Notes under the pieces: model-generated
Databases searched by the model: none
Seen by the model: the letters and a program-made list of their open reading frames with translations, nothing else
What the model was told of the DNA's origin: nothing
Made by a program: the position numbers and the translations under genes
Part shown: piece after piece, positions 1-9,693 of the stretch
How the letters are laid out: each line of letters begins with the position of its first letter
Numbering within the stretch: position 1 is the stretch's first letter
DNA from: a virus
Taxonomy: Duplodnaviria > Caudoviricetes
DNA: 64,000 nt
Reading direction: 5' to 3' (one strand)
Virus record (IMG/VR): IMGVR_UViG_3300042731_008397
Coordinates: 68,055-132,054 of that record

Positions 1-38
1 TTAATAGGCGTCCGCCCGCAACAAGGAGAAACTTAATT

Positions 39-1574
39 ATGAAACGACAATATTTTAGCACGTCAGGACTTGAAGAGGCCTTGAGATTCGGGTGGGGGGA
101 CTTTGACGAACAAGAAAACCACCCTACCCGGTTTGCTCGGTTTCGATTTTCTCACCCGGTTCCTAAAACTGAAAAGCGGGGAACACGGGCAGAAGATTGG
201 CCCGAAATAGCAGATATTTTTATGGAGAGTGAAGAAATTCCTTTCTGGATGAAGCCCAAGAAAGAAGGGAACTGGCGGGAAAATATCACTCAATTACCGA
301 TACGCTTGTCAAACCGAACTATGCCTGAAACGATTGTCACCTTTTGTGGTATCAATAAAGGCGGGAAATACGTCGGCGGTAACTGGCTTTGCCGGATGTA
401 TGTTGACCAGAACTTCTACCCGAAAGGCAAGCTGTTGACGGCTCTCTCAGAGATGCCAGAGAAAGAACGTGATAAAATTCTGGTACAGCATACGCCAATT
501 GATCCAGAAGGAGAAGGCCCGTTGACGGGCGATCCGATTATTCATACTGAGCCTTTTATTCATTGCGGGTATGTTGCCCTGAGAGTGGTCGGAAACAAAG
601 AGATTCTTGTCCCGTGTGATTGGGATACTTGCCCCTTTGCCTGGGAAGAGACAAAGAAATATGGGCTACAAAAAATCTGTAGCTGGAATGGAATCTTTAA
701 ATGCACCATGCCGTGGACAGGACTCGCAGGAGAAGCCGTTTTACGGACACGAAGCTATGTTTCCATTCACCGGATCAGAGGGGCTTTAACGATGCTTTAT
801 GAGGCATTAGATGAACGCTGGCGGCGATACCTGGCACTCCGTCAGGAGATGCAAGCCATCAAAGCACCTGAAGATCAAGAGCAGTTTCGTCAACAAAATT
901 ATCTGCTTATGTATCCGCCTAAACCCCCGTCACTCAAGAATATGTGGGCAATTATCTCTGTAAAAATGCGCCCGCAAGAATGGAAAGGCAGAATGGGGGA
1001 ACAGCCCGTTGCCAGTATAAGTTTCACTGGCTATGCGGAAAATGTGATGAAGGCGCTTAAAGATGCGGAACCCGAAAAACGGCAGTTAGCGGAATCCGTA
1101 GAGTCGGTTGAGGAGACATTGGCGAAAATAAAAACACAAAACGCCGCATTATGGGACAAATTGCAACCCACGTTTTTCCCGGAATCACCTGAAGATGCCA
1201 ACGCTGGAAAAGCGAAAAAGGTCTTTGGAGATTGGGTACTGGCAACTTATAGTAAGCCGTTAAATACCTTAGACGGGCAAAAGAAAGCGGCAAGTGTATT
1301 AGCCAAGCTTGTTACGTTCCATGAATATTACCTAAAACAGCAAAAACTTTATGACTTACCAGAGTCCCCCCTTGATTGGGCAGAACAACAGATTGGTTTA
1401 CCTGTGATTAACTGGTGGTTATTGACAGCGGAGCAACAAAATGACCTCAATGCCCGTTTAGGGCAGATTCGAGAGCCTGCTACTCCGCCACAGCAGCAAG
1501 AAACACCAGAAAAAGGCAAACCAGAGGAAAACCCTTCTCTGGTTAATAGTGCTCAACCCCCTAAGAACGGGTAA
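39..1574 (+). CDS. Phage Gp3-like (recombination directionality factor-like) protein
   Basis: 511 aa; AGGAG RBS; LPIRL...WLCR...CDWDTCPF...CSWNG...LRTRSYVSI pattern recalls the phage Gp3-like family (recognised from memory). Confidence 0.5.
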   Translation: MKRQYFSTSGLEEALRFGWGDFDEQENHPTRFARFRFSHPVPKTEKRGTRAEDWPEIADIFMESEEIPFWMKPKKEGNWRENITQLPIRLSNRTMPETIVTFCGINKGGKYVGGNWLCRMYVDQNFYPKGKLLTALSEMPEKERDKILVQHTPIDPEGEGPLTGDPIIHTEPFIHCGYVALRVVGNKEILVPCDWDTCPFAWEETKKYGLQKICSWNGIFKCTMPWTGLAGEAVLRTRSYVSIHRIRGALTMLYEALDERWRRYLALRQEMQAIKAPEDQEQFRQQNYLLMYPPKPPSLKNMWAIISVKMRPQEWKGRMGEQPVASISFTGYAENVMKALKDAEPEKRQLAESVESVEETLAKIKTQNAALWDKLQPTFFPESPEDANAGKAKKVFGDWVLATYSKPLNTLDGQKKAASVLAKLVTFHEYYLKQQKLYDLPESPLDWAEQQIGLPVINWWLLTAEQQNDLNARLGQIREPATPPQQQETPEKGKPEENPSLVNSAQPPKNG

Positions 1575-1578
1575 TATC

Positions 1579-1600
1579 GGGGGAGGCTTTGTCCTCCCCC
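1579..1600. terminator. GC hairpin after ORF 39..1574
   Basis: ggggagg-ctttgt-cctcccc directly after the stop; weak U-tract. Confidence 0.45.
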
Positions 1601-1647
1601 TCCAATCATTTTTAGAGAGACAACGGGAGTTTTTTGCTTAAAAATCT

Positions 1648-1830
1648 ATAGTTATCCAGCTACATTGTATGCCTAAGCACCCCGTATGCTTAGGCTGCCC
1701 TGGATAACTATTTTTGCCATGATAAGAGTGTGTGTTACTTAACGCTAAAACTATTAAGCTTCTTGGTTCAATGTTATTCTCAATAGAATGACTCCCCAAG
1801 CGTAAATTCGGGCTACACCAGTCCTACTAC
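1648..1830 (-). ncRNA. Stand-alone TnpB-type omegaRNA: scaffold ~1830-1730, ~18-nt guide 1729-1712, closing hairpin 1711-1648
   Basis: Minus strand GTAGGACTGGTGTAGCCCGAATTTACGCTTGGGGAG...GAACCAAGAAG-hairpin-TAACACAC aligns with the tnpB right end at 4624-4726, with a compensatory CTTGG/CCAAG vs CCTGG/CCAGG change; no tnpB attached. Confidence 0.7.
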
Positions 1831-1835
1831 GGTTT

Positions 1836-1864
1836 AGCGTATTATAGCTTTTTATAATTGTCAA
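1836..1864 (-). promoter_or_regulatory. Sigma70-like promoter for the orphan omegaRNA
   Basis: TTGACA-17 nt-TACGCT on the minus strand; predicted start ~1830 matches the scaffold start. Confidence 0.55.
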
Positions 1865-1886
1865 GCTTTTATAACTATTTTATGCC

Positions 1887-3359
1887 ATGAAAAAAAGACC
1901 GGAAGAGCCAAATGCCCATGATGCGGAACAAGAGGTTATCGGAGCTACCTTAGCGTTTCCAGACGTTATCAAAATTATATTATCTGAGAAATTAGAAAGC
2001 TTTCATTTTTATTTCCGGTCACACCGGATTATTTTCGATACTATTCTCCAAATTGTTTCCAACCGACAAGAGGTAGCCGCTGCAACCGTTATCCGAGAAC
2101 TGTATAAACAAGACAATATTGCAAAGATACACGGGGCAGGCCCTGGAAAAGCTGAATTAAAGGGCGAAGAATACGTCCAGTGGTTAGCCAACTCGACACC
2201 TTCCCATAGAACGGTCATCGGTTCTATTAAACTGATTAAATTTAAATTCCATCTCCGGATCTCCGCTGCCCAAGCTGAGGCGATCCAGGCTGCTTGTTAT
2301 CAAAAAGACGCCAACCCCGATCAAGTTCTTTCTCTTTTCTCATCGGCAATGATGGAAATCCAATCGAAAGTCGGTGATCGGCATAGCCTTTCTAAGGCTC
2401 CTCAAACGGCAGCGAAAACATTCCGTTATTTTCAAGAGTGCTTAAAAAACAAGAAAAGTATTATCGGTGTCCCGTCAGGCTCCCCGTTACTGGATTATTA
2501 CACAAAAGGTTTTCAGCCCAGGCGATTATATTTTTTCGGTGCCCGTCCGAAAGACGGGAAAACAAGCTACATGCTCCAAATGTTAACAAAACAGAGTATC
2601 CGAGGCATTGACGGGCGGAAGTATAACGCATACATAGCCAGCATGGAGACCCCTGAAGAAGAGTTAGGAATGGGGTTTCTCAGTAAATTATCAGGTATCC
2701 CGGAAGATTTGATTATAACCGGAGACATTAACCAAACCCAGTATGAGGCGATAGATAAAGCTAAGGCCTTAATGCAAGCCGGGACATTTTGGATTGATGA
2801 TAATTCCGAACAGACCATTTCCACATTACGGGCGAATTGCCAGATATTACAAGCCACAGAAGGACTTGACATCGTGTATGTGGATTTTATTCAGTACATG
2901 ACAGACCCGTCCCGACGATGGGAACGGCGTCAACTAGAAATTGCCTTTATAGCGAAAGGATTACAAACTCTTGCAAAAGACCTCGGCGTCCCCGTTATCG
3001 CTTTTGCCCAATTAGGTAGGCAGGTTGAAGAAAGAGGAAAGAAATCTGATCCGATTGCAACCGGATACCGTAGACCGTATATCGGGGATTACCGTGAAGC
3101 TGGTGACATAGAGCAAGCCGGGGATTTTCTTGGATTCTTATGGAGACCGTGCATAAAGCAACCTGGAATCATTGACCCGGTAACTGGGCATGAATTTGAA
3201 GAGTCATTTACCATCATAGAACGCCAGAGAAAGGGCAAGTCAAATATTGACATCCCGAATATGTTGGATAGAAGTATTATGTGGCTTTATCCGAAAGAAG
3301 GCGACGGGCAGCAACAAATTCCAGGAACTGCTCCGCCTGAAAATAAACCATTTGGATAG
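1887..3359 (+). CDS. dnaB: Replicative DNA helicase
   Basis: N-terminal AEQEVIG/FYFRSHRIIF domain, Walker A GARPKDGKTS, VYVDFIQ, AQLGR, REAGDIEQAGD. Confidence 0.93.
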   Translation: MKKRPEEPNAHDAEQEVIGATLAFPDVIKIILSEKLESFHFYFRSHRIIFDTILQIVSNRQEVAAATVIRELYKQDNIAKIHGAGPGKAELKGEEYVQWLANSTPSHRTVIGSIKLIKFKFHLRISAAQAEAIQAACYQKDANPDQVLSLFSSAMMEIQSKVGDRHSLSKAPQTAAKTFRYFQECLKNKKSIIGVPSGSPLLDYYTKGFQPRRLYFFGARPKDGKTSYMLQMLTKQSIRGIDGRKYNAYIASMETPEEELGMGFLSKLSGIPEDLIITGDINQTQYEAIDKAKALMQAGTFWIDDNSEQTISTLRANCQILQATEGLDIVYVDFIQYMTDPSRRWERRQLEIAFIAKGLQTLAKDLGVPVIAFAQLGRQVEERGKKSDPIATGYRRPYIGDYREAGDIEQAGDFLGFLWRPCIKQPGIIDPVTGHEFEESFTIIERQRKGKSNIDIPNMLDRSIMWLYPKEGDGQQQIPGTAPPENKPFG

Positions 3360-3365
3360 ACTTAT

Positions 3366-4726
3366 AGATAACGGTGCAAGAAAACCCATTCTATCCCTTT
3401 AGGGATGGGAGGAATTGCGCCACGGGCGAAAGCCCGTCAAAAAAAGTGTTCTTTGAGATAAAAAAACCTTGACAATAATAAAAAGCTTTGTTTTTCTAGT
3501 AGCCATGATTCACAAAGCGTTTAAATACCGACTTTCACCAACACAAGCGCAACAAGAGGTTATTGCCAGGACGTTTGGGTGTTGTCGCTATGTGTATAAT
3601 TGGGGTCTGTCTGAGAAAGTGAAGGCGTATGAGCAGGAGAAACAGACGCTTTCCTGTGTTGATCTCATTAAGCGCCTAACGACCTTAAAACAAGAACTCC
3701 CCTGGTTGAAAGAGGTGTACTCGCAAGCATTACAGATGTCCTTACGGAATCTTGACAATGCCTTTACCCGGTTTTTTAAGAAGTTAGGCGGGTTTCCGAA
3801 GTTCAAGTCACGGAAGAATCATCACCAATCCTGTCAATTTCCACAGGGCGTCAAAGTCGATTTTGAGAAGAAGACGGTCTATCTGCCAAAAATAGGAGAT
3901 GTTCATCTAAAGATGCGAAAAAAAACGCATATCTTTGACGGAAAGATTAAAACTGTCACGTTACGGCAGACCCCCTCTGGGAAATATTTTGTCAGTCTCT
4001 TGGTGGAACTTGACCAGGAACTTCCGAAAAAACCACCAATTGAACTAAAGACAACCGTAGGCGTGGATATGGGAATTAAGACCTTTGTCACGTTGTCAAC
4101 GGGGGAAGAGATTGAGCATCCAAAGACCCTGAAGAAGTCATTAAAGACGTTAAAACGCTTACAGCGTCAACTCTCTCGAAAGCAGAAAGGCAGTCGCAAC
4201 CGGGACAAAGCCAGGAAACGATTGGCAAAATTACATGAACATGTCAGTAATCAGCGTGAAGATTTTTTGCATCAAGTCTCTCATCGGTTAACGAGTGAGA
4301 ACCAAGCTACAACGATAGCGATGGAAGACTTGCATATTGCTGGCATGGTGAAAAATCACAAACTGGCTCAGGCCATCATAGATAGCGCCTGGGGGATGTT
4401 TGACAACTTCGTGGCGTATAAATGTGACTGGCGTGGCAAGAACCATCTGCATATCCATCGGTTTGCCGCGAGCAGCCGGATTTGTTCGTTGTGTGGGTGG
4501 TATAATACTGAATTAACCCTAAAAGACCGTGTATGGACATGTGGCGGGTGCGGCGCAAAACGCCCCCGCGATCTCAATGCTGCGAAGAATATTCGCAAAT
4601 GGAGCGTCCATCCACAAAATATGGTAGGTCTGACATAACCGATGTTAAGCCTGGGGAGTGTTGCCGGTAGGTGACACGACGAACCAGGAAGGAATCCCAG
4701 GTGCTTCAGCCCTGGGAGGATGTCAA
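3366..4726 (+). mobile_element. IS200/IS605-family tnpB-only (IS1341-like) element 1
   Basis: TTAT at 3362-3365, left-end hairpin ~3385-3410, tnpB, right end GAAT-hairpin-GTCAA ending at 4726. Confidence 0.8.
3505..4638 (+). CDS. tnpB: RNA-guided endonuclease TnpB
   Basis: KAFKYRL HTH start; RuvC D (GVDMG), E (MEDL), D (RDLNAAKNI); CxxC..CxxC zinc finger; ATG at 3505 preferred. Confidence 0.95.
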   Translation: MIHKAFKYRLSPTQAQQEVIARTFGCCRYVYNWGLSEKVKAYEQEKQTLSCVDLIKRLTTLKQELPWLKEVYSQALQMSLRNLDNAFTRFFKKLGGFPKFKSRKNHHQSCQFPQGVKVDFEKKTVYLPKIGDVHLKMRKKTHIFDGKIKTVTLRQTPSGKYFVSLLVELDQELPKKPPIELKTTVGVDMGIKTFVTLSTGEEIEHPKTLKKSLKTLKRLQRQLSRKQKGSRNRDKARKRLAKLHEHVSNQREDFLHQVSHRLTSENQATTIAMEDLHIAGMVKNHKLAQAIIDSAWGMFDNFVAYKCDWRGKNHLHIHRFAASSRICSLCGWYNTELTLKDRVWTCGGCGAKRPRDLNAAKNIRKWSVHPQNMVGLT

Positions 4727-4745
4727 TAAAGGAGATTGCTTATGC
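4624..4745 (+). ncRNA. omegaRNA (reRNA) of element 1 plus flanking guide
   Basis: Overlaps tnpB 3' end; CCTGG/CCAGG stem, terminal hairpin, TCAA end. Confidence 0.7.
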
Positions 4746-5569
4746 TATTAAGTAGAGATGCTTTACAAATGCCGCTATTGGAGACAACGGAAGAACTGTC
4801 TACCGCTATTCGGGGAGAGTTGTATAAGCCTATTTGGATACTGGAAAAAGTGACTACAACCGTCCTCGACCCGGAAACTCAAGAAGAAAAACCCGTGACG
4901 CGGGAAGAGCCAGTCGAAAAACTTTTAAGATGTCCAACTCTCGGTGAGATACGGATATTAAGAAAAGAAGTTTGGGAGAAATTAGCTTTTTGCCGTCCTA
5001 AAGACCCGTGTACGTGTTATATGTTGTATCATGAGTTGAAACCGGCTGCTGAAGTAGCCCGTCAGAAGATAGCCCGGCTCGATTATCTTCTGAAAAATCC
5101 CGGTGAACGGGCAGCAAACCAGACAGAAGATATTTTGAAGCAATGGAGAGAAGACTTTTCTCGGAATTTGGCGAATATCGAAAGCCAACTGCAACCGTAT
5201 AGAAAGAAAGTCCCGAAAAAACCCGACAAATTGGAAAGAGTTATCTGTCCATTCCCGCATTGCAAAAAACAAATTCCTGTTCCGCTTGACGTGGCACTTT
5301 CTGATAGAGGCGTTCTTGCCCCGATTTCAGAGATACTTTTCAAGAAATCATGGAAAGAAATCGAACCTAAATTGCTTGTCAACACCCCGAAATATCTGGT
5401 AATGTATGTGTTAAGCTGGATATTGGGATCGCCTGAAGGATTGCCGGATTTTTGGAAGGCGTTCCTGGAGGGCGGAGTCGGCATAGCCAAGAAGTTTATA
5501 GCCGACGCCAGCGGGTTCAATCTGATGGCACCGACGACAAGCCCGCCAGAAGGGACTTCGCAAACGTAG
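4742..5569 (+). CDS. Hypothetical protein, possible tail assembly chaperone (gpG-like)
   Basis: AAGGAG RBS; overlaps the next ORF in the -1 frame. Confidence 0.4.
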   Translation: MLLSRDALQMPLLETTEELSTAIRGELYKPIWILEKVTTTVLDPETQEEKPVTREEPVEKLLRCPTLGEIRILRKEVWEKLAFCRPKDPCTCYMLYHELKPAAEVARQKIARLDYLLKNPGERAANQTEDILKQWREDFSRNLANIESQLQPYRKKVPKKPDKLERVICPFPHCKKQIPVPLDVALSDRGVLAPISEILFKKSWKEIEPKLLVNTPKYLVMYVLSWILGSPEGLPDFWKAFLEGGVGIAKKFIADASGFNLMAPTTSPPEGTSQT

Positions 5570-6333
5570 GACTGTCAGAAGAAGAGCTTGAGGACAGACG
5601 GTTCAAGGTCGCCAAAAGACGGCAAATAGAGTTGTGGTCAATGTATGAATATTGGCTACAGCGGGGATATTCGCCCGAAAAGGTAGACCAATTGCCGTTT
5701 GTACAGGCATGGGGATTCTATCGGATACACCAATATCTCAAGTTACAAGAGATTGTCCAATTCCAATACCCTGTTCGGGCAGGGATTGCCTCTGCGTTAT
5801 TCGGACGCCCGCCGCTCACTTTAGAACGGGCAAGCGGGGATTACTCAAGAATATACGAATCCCACCAGGAACGCCTTCTTCAGCCGTTAAAAGGCTTTCC
5901 GAAGGACGTTAATTTTTTGTCTGCCGATAGTATTCGGGCGGGGCAAAAAGCAGGTCGGTCGGTTGAAAAAGTCGGATTACCTAATCCTTGGCCCGAAGAT
6001 CGGGTTGGGGCAGCATTAAACGGAACTCTATTAGCGAAACGGGCAGCCCAAGAATTAGAGCTTTGGAGATGGTTCTATGCTTACGACTCACGGGGAATCA
6101 AAGTTTCCCAGGACATGCTCTACAATCGGGCAAAGATGCTTTTTTATATTCGGGCTCTTGAACCTGATCCTCTGATAAAAGATCAAGCAGTAAGAGCGGG
6201 AAAAGACCCGAAAGAAGTCTGGTATAATCGAATAGAGCGCCAACAACCTGGTATTGTTAAACGATTAGAGCGGGCCCTGGAAAGGACCATGATGCGGGCG
6301 GTACAATTCAAATTAGAGCTAAAAAATAAATAA
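5452..6333 (+). CDS. Hypothetical protein, possible frameshift extension (gpT-like)
   Basis: -1 frame relative to 4742..5569, no good ATG/RBS at its start; GYSPEKVDQLPF segment. Confidence 0.4.
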   Translation: MEGVPGGRSRHSQEVYSRRQRVQSDGTDDKPARRDFANVGLSEEELEDRRFKVAKRRQIELWSMYEYWLQRGYSPEKVDQLPFVQAWGFYRIHQYLKLQEIVQFQYPVRAGIASALFGRPPLTLERASGDYSRIYESHQERLLQPLKGFPKDVNFLSADSIRAGQKAGRSVEKVGLPNPWPEDRVGAALNGTLLAKRAAQELELWRWFYAYDSRGIKVSQDMLYNRAKMLFYIRALEPDPLIKDQAVRAGKDPKEVWYNRIERQQPGIVKRLERALERTMMRAVQFKLELKNK

Positions 6334-6335
6334 TA

Positions 6336-6701
6336 TCAAGATCGGAATTTAACGATAAGTACCCGCGTATAACTATTCAAATCGGCTTTAGCAATATTTT
6401 CATAAGAAGCAATTGCCGCTTCCAGTTCTTCTTCAGTCATTGTAGCTGGAACAAGAGCAGTAATTAAAGTGTTTGAGGCATCTACGTTGGTTTTCAATGC
6501 AGTAATTGCGGATAACAACGTAGACACAATCGCTTCCTTTTCGTCTGTCGATAAATCTACAAGCGCACGACTACCCGAACGGGATTTTTTATCGTTCACG
6601 ACGCTGTTTTTAGTTTCCAAACCTGATGTGGTGATGCTTGCTCCCAGTCCGTTTTTATTCTCTTTAATCGTTGGTAAAGTAATATTAATATTCTTTGCCA
6701 T
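6336..6701 (-). CDS. Hypothetical protein
   Basis: 121 aa, GAGG RBS, convergent with 6333. Confidence 0.6.
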   Translation of the reverse strand: MAKNINITLPTIKENKNGLGASITTSGLETKNSVVNDKKSRSGSRALVDLSTDEKEAIVSTLLSAITALKTNVDASNTLITALVPATMTEEELEAAIASYENIAKADLNSYTRVLIVKFRS

Positions 6702-6765
6702 AATAAGCCCTCACGTTGGAAAAATTAGGTTGATGTTATCACACACGGGTATTATACAAACTTCT

Positions 6766-7668
6766 TTATAATTTTGTCAACAAAATAGTCGTTTCTTTCC
6801 AGAGCGTAACTCCATAGAATTTCCCCGTCATCTGGGAAAGTAATCTCTGGCAATGCGGCTCAGTAATTCCGAAAACAGCATACGGAGTCGGGAAGTTTTC
6901 TTGTCTGTAAAGGTCTGATAAACAGACCTCAGTTATACGGAAAAATCGCATAATAACAACGAAATACCAGGATAATGCCTCTAATCGGACTCTTTTAGTC
7001 CGAAATACTAAAATATCCCGATAACTGTTCTTGACGAAGGTAGAACAAAACCGTTTTTCAGAAGGGCGTAATAACGAGGAAATTAATTGATAATTAGTGG
7101 AAAAAATCGTATCGCTTTTTATTTTTGCGTGGTCTATCTTAAAATCTTTTATTGACCGTGATCTTGCCGTATAGAGGTAGTCTTCCAAGAATGTAAGCCG
7201 TGATTTTTTCTCTAAGATGTGTAAAAATTCTTTATATGTGCAGGAAAAAATTTGTTGAGGTTGTCTTACGACCATTCCTAATTGAGAAAACGGGGTTTTA
7301 CGGAATAGGTGGAAAAGATGTTGGGTTGCTAACGGGGGACGGAGTGAATATTTTTTGAAGAAAGAAACAATAGTTGTTCGTTCATACGGGCATTCCCAGG
7401 CGATCTGCATGGAAAAATCAAAAAGAATTTGATGAGAAAGAATGAAGTTAACCCATAACAACTGCCATTTTGTAGGAAGAGTAACCCGCTTTAATAACGA
7501 ATAAAATGGAGTAGTTTTCCCGTTTTGAGAGATAAGTCCTAATATTATTCGCCATTGTTCCCACAAAATTCTTTCCTTTTCTTCCCATTCATACGGGTCT
7601 TTAGGAGACCGTAAATAGGCGTCAATCCATTGTTTTTGTAGAAAAAACCGGCTATTTAAGATTTCCAT
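6766..7668 (-). CDS. Hypothetical protein, weak DUF4007-like resemblance
   Basis: WQLLWVNF and LSDLY...PYAVFGI motifs; AT-rich. Confidence 0.35.
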   Translation of the reverse strand: MEILNSRFFLQKQWIDAYLRSPKDPYEWEEKERILWEQWRIILGLISQNGKTTPFYSLLKRVTLPTKWQLLWVNFILSHQILFDFSMQIAWECPYERTTIVSFFKKYSLRPPLATQHLFHLFRKTPFSQLGMVVRQPQQIFSCTYKEFLHILEKKSRLTFLEDYLYTARSRSIKDFKIDHAKIKSDTIFSTNYQLISSLLRPSEKRFCSTFVKNSYRDILVFRTKRVRLEALSWYFVVIMRFFRITEVCLSDLYRQENFPTPYAVFGITEPHCQRLLSQMTGKFYGVTLWKETTILLTKL

Positions 7669-7691
7669 GAATTCTCTAAACCTGGGTATAG

Positions 7692-7720
7692 TTGACAGAT
7701 ACCCATTTCTTAGGTATCAT
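7692..7720 (+). promoter_or_regulatory. Sigma70 promoter of the head operon (probably leaderless)
   Basis: TTGACA-17-TATCAT, ATG 7 nt downstream at 7728. Confidence 0.65.
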
Positions 7721-7727
7721 AAAAACT

Positions 7728-9647
7728 ATGATTTTCTTGGAAGACAACATAGCGTTAGGATTACTGGATTCAATGCCAGATTATCGGATGTCCGCTTTAG
7801 ACCTTTCTCAGGGCGATCCAACATCCCGACAAGAACCAGCTTCGCCTGCCTCTTCTCAAACACAAGACCCGTCCGTAAGCTTGTCCAATGCCGTTGATGA
7901 AGGCGATTTAGCCGGACAATATTTACTGAATTGGTTTCGCGTTTTAAGTGCGGCAGAAGTTGTCAAACATTATTTCTTGTGCAAGTTAGTCATCGATTTT
8001 AGTGAGGACGGAGTTTTACAGAATGCCGTCCCTCTTGCTTTTGACGTGCCGATATATCCTAACCATGACCGTGATATTGCGGTCTGGCTCGGGAAGACAG
8101 TTCAGGCAAAATGGACGGAGAGCATTAATGAAAACCACATCCCCGGTATCACCGCTCACTTTCGGCAATGGACGGGATTAGATCAAAAAGGTAACCTCCG
8201 CTCCCAGTATAAATATGACATAGCCGAAGGGGTACGTCAAGGAGTAATTTCAAGAGTAAGTTCTGGACTGCTTTATCGTTTCCGGCGTTCTCACCCTGAT
8301 ATGGATGAAAGCATCTTTTATCGAATGATGGGAAAAGATATTGACGGAGAGAAGGTAAGACTAATTGCCACGGAGATTTTGAATTTTGTGGAGTTCTCTG
8401 AAGTGCAAATGGGCGCGGATAAATATGCAGAGAAAGAAAAAAATCTTGAAATGGAAATGGCTTCAGAGTTCAGTTATCCCGTTATTGCTACATTTAGTGG
8501 AAATGACGGCTATGAACTATTTATAAAAACAAGTATTCCAGGAGGCTATGAAATGGATCCAACAAAAGCAAAACTTGACCCGCAAGACGGAGATCAAGGG
8601 AAAGTTAATCTGGCGGTGTCCTTGAATTCAAAAGGTGTTGGTCATTGTCGGTCATTGATCAATACCGGGAAGTACAATACAACGGCTTCCTGGGAATTTA
8701 CGGCAGCCGATGGGAATAAACTATTAGGCGATAACAACGATTGGGCACGTTATGGAAAAATGTTTCTTGGGGTTGACCCTGACCAGGACGCGGAGACTAA
8801 AGGCCATTATAAATACCCATTCGGGAAATTAGACGGAAACGGGAATGAAGTCGTTTACCGTCAAGCTCTTATTGCCGCTACCGCCCGTGGAGCCCAACAA
8901 GGCGCAACTGAGATTTCTAATTCCGCCCGTGATTTACGGGAGGCTCTGGATAAAAAAGCCGGGATCTCTTCAGGCAAGTCAAAACAAGATAACTCGCTTG
9001 CCGGACAACCCGACGACCAACAATTCGGCAATCAGGAACCGGGTAGTGATCAAACTCCAAGTGATTCTACGCCTCCCCAGAATACGGGGACTAAATTGAC
9101 ATTGGAAGACGCCAAAGTTCAAATTGCGGAACTAAACGTAAAATTGACAGAGAGCCAGAGAGGATTTGATGGAATTTGCAAGAAGTATCAGGAGACGTTA
9201 GCCGCTATGGTCCGATTGGAACAACGAGCTACCGAATTGAAGGCGGAACGGGGTGCAAAGGATCAGGTCATTACTGCATTGAGGGAAGATGTTACTCGAT
9301 TGTCAGATGAGGCGGTCCAAAATGCCGGCCTTATCGCTTTAGGAAAACAATATCTTGCCGACTTGCGATCCGCAACGGAATTGGAGTATCTTAAATATTG
9401 TGATACCCTTAAAGAGATCCCGGACAAGTTAATCGGAGAAGAAGAAAAGGCGACTATGCTTGCCCGGATAAAAAACGAAACCACGGATGTTAACACGCTA
9501 CGGGAACTTTTAGCAACTTTCAGTATCCACAATCAGGCGATATTGACCGAAGGGCGGGATTCAATTCCTGGAAACGGCTCTTCTGTTAAACGATTTGTCC
9601 CGCCGCTGAAACTTGGAGAAAATTTCCGGTATCTTTACAGAAAATAA
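7728..9647 (+). CDS. Prohead protease/scaffold-like protein
   Basis: Upstream of the decoration and capsid genes; NHD and EFSEV..GAD motifs like HK97-type proteases; YKYPFG..VYRQALIAA segment; C-terminal coiled coil. Confidence 0.6.
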   Translation: MIFLEDNIALGLLDSMPDYRMSALDLSQGDPTSRQEPASPASSQTQDPSVSLSNAVDEGDLAGQYLLNWFRVLSAAEVVKHYFLCKLVIDFSEDGVLQNAVPLAFDVPIYPNHDRDIAVWLGKTVQAKWTESINENHIPGITAHFRQWTGLDQKGNLRSQYKYDIAEGVRQGVISRVSSGLLYRFRRSHPDMDESIFYRMMGKDIDGEKVRLIATEILNFVEFSEVQMGADKYAEKEKNLEMEMASEFSYPVIATFSGNDGYELFIKTSIPGGYEMDPTKAKLDPQDGDQGKVNLAVSLNSKGVGHCRSLINTGKYNTTASWEFTAADGNKLLGDNNDWARYGKMFLGVDPDQDAETKGHYKYPFGKLDGNGNEVVYRQALIAATARGAQQGATEISNSARDLREALDKKAGISSGKSKQDNSLAGQPDDQQFGNQEPGSDQTPSDSTPPQNTGTKLTLEDAKVQIAELNVKLTESQRGFDGICKKYQETLAAMVRLEQRATELKAERGAKDQVITALREDVTRLSDEAVQNAGLIALGKQYLADLRSATELEYLKYCDTLKEIPDKLIGEEEKATMLARIKNETTDVNTLRELLATFSIHNQAILTEGRDSIPGNGSSVKRFVPPLKLGENFRYLYRK

Positions 9648-9693
9648 CATCTATCTGACAATAACCGTTAACAGAGCAAAAAGGAGATAGGCT

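Noticed and set aside
6691-6710. Partial match (13/14 nt) to the orphan omegaRNA guide at the start of ORF 6701
   Set aside because: The TAM-proximal positions mismatch and no TTAT/TTAC TAM is adjacent; likely chance. A partial match at the dnaB start is weaker still
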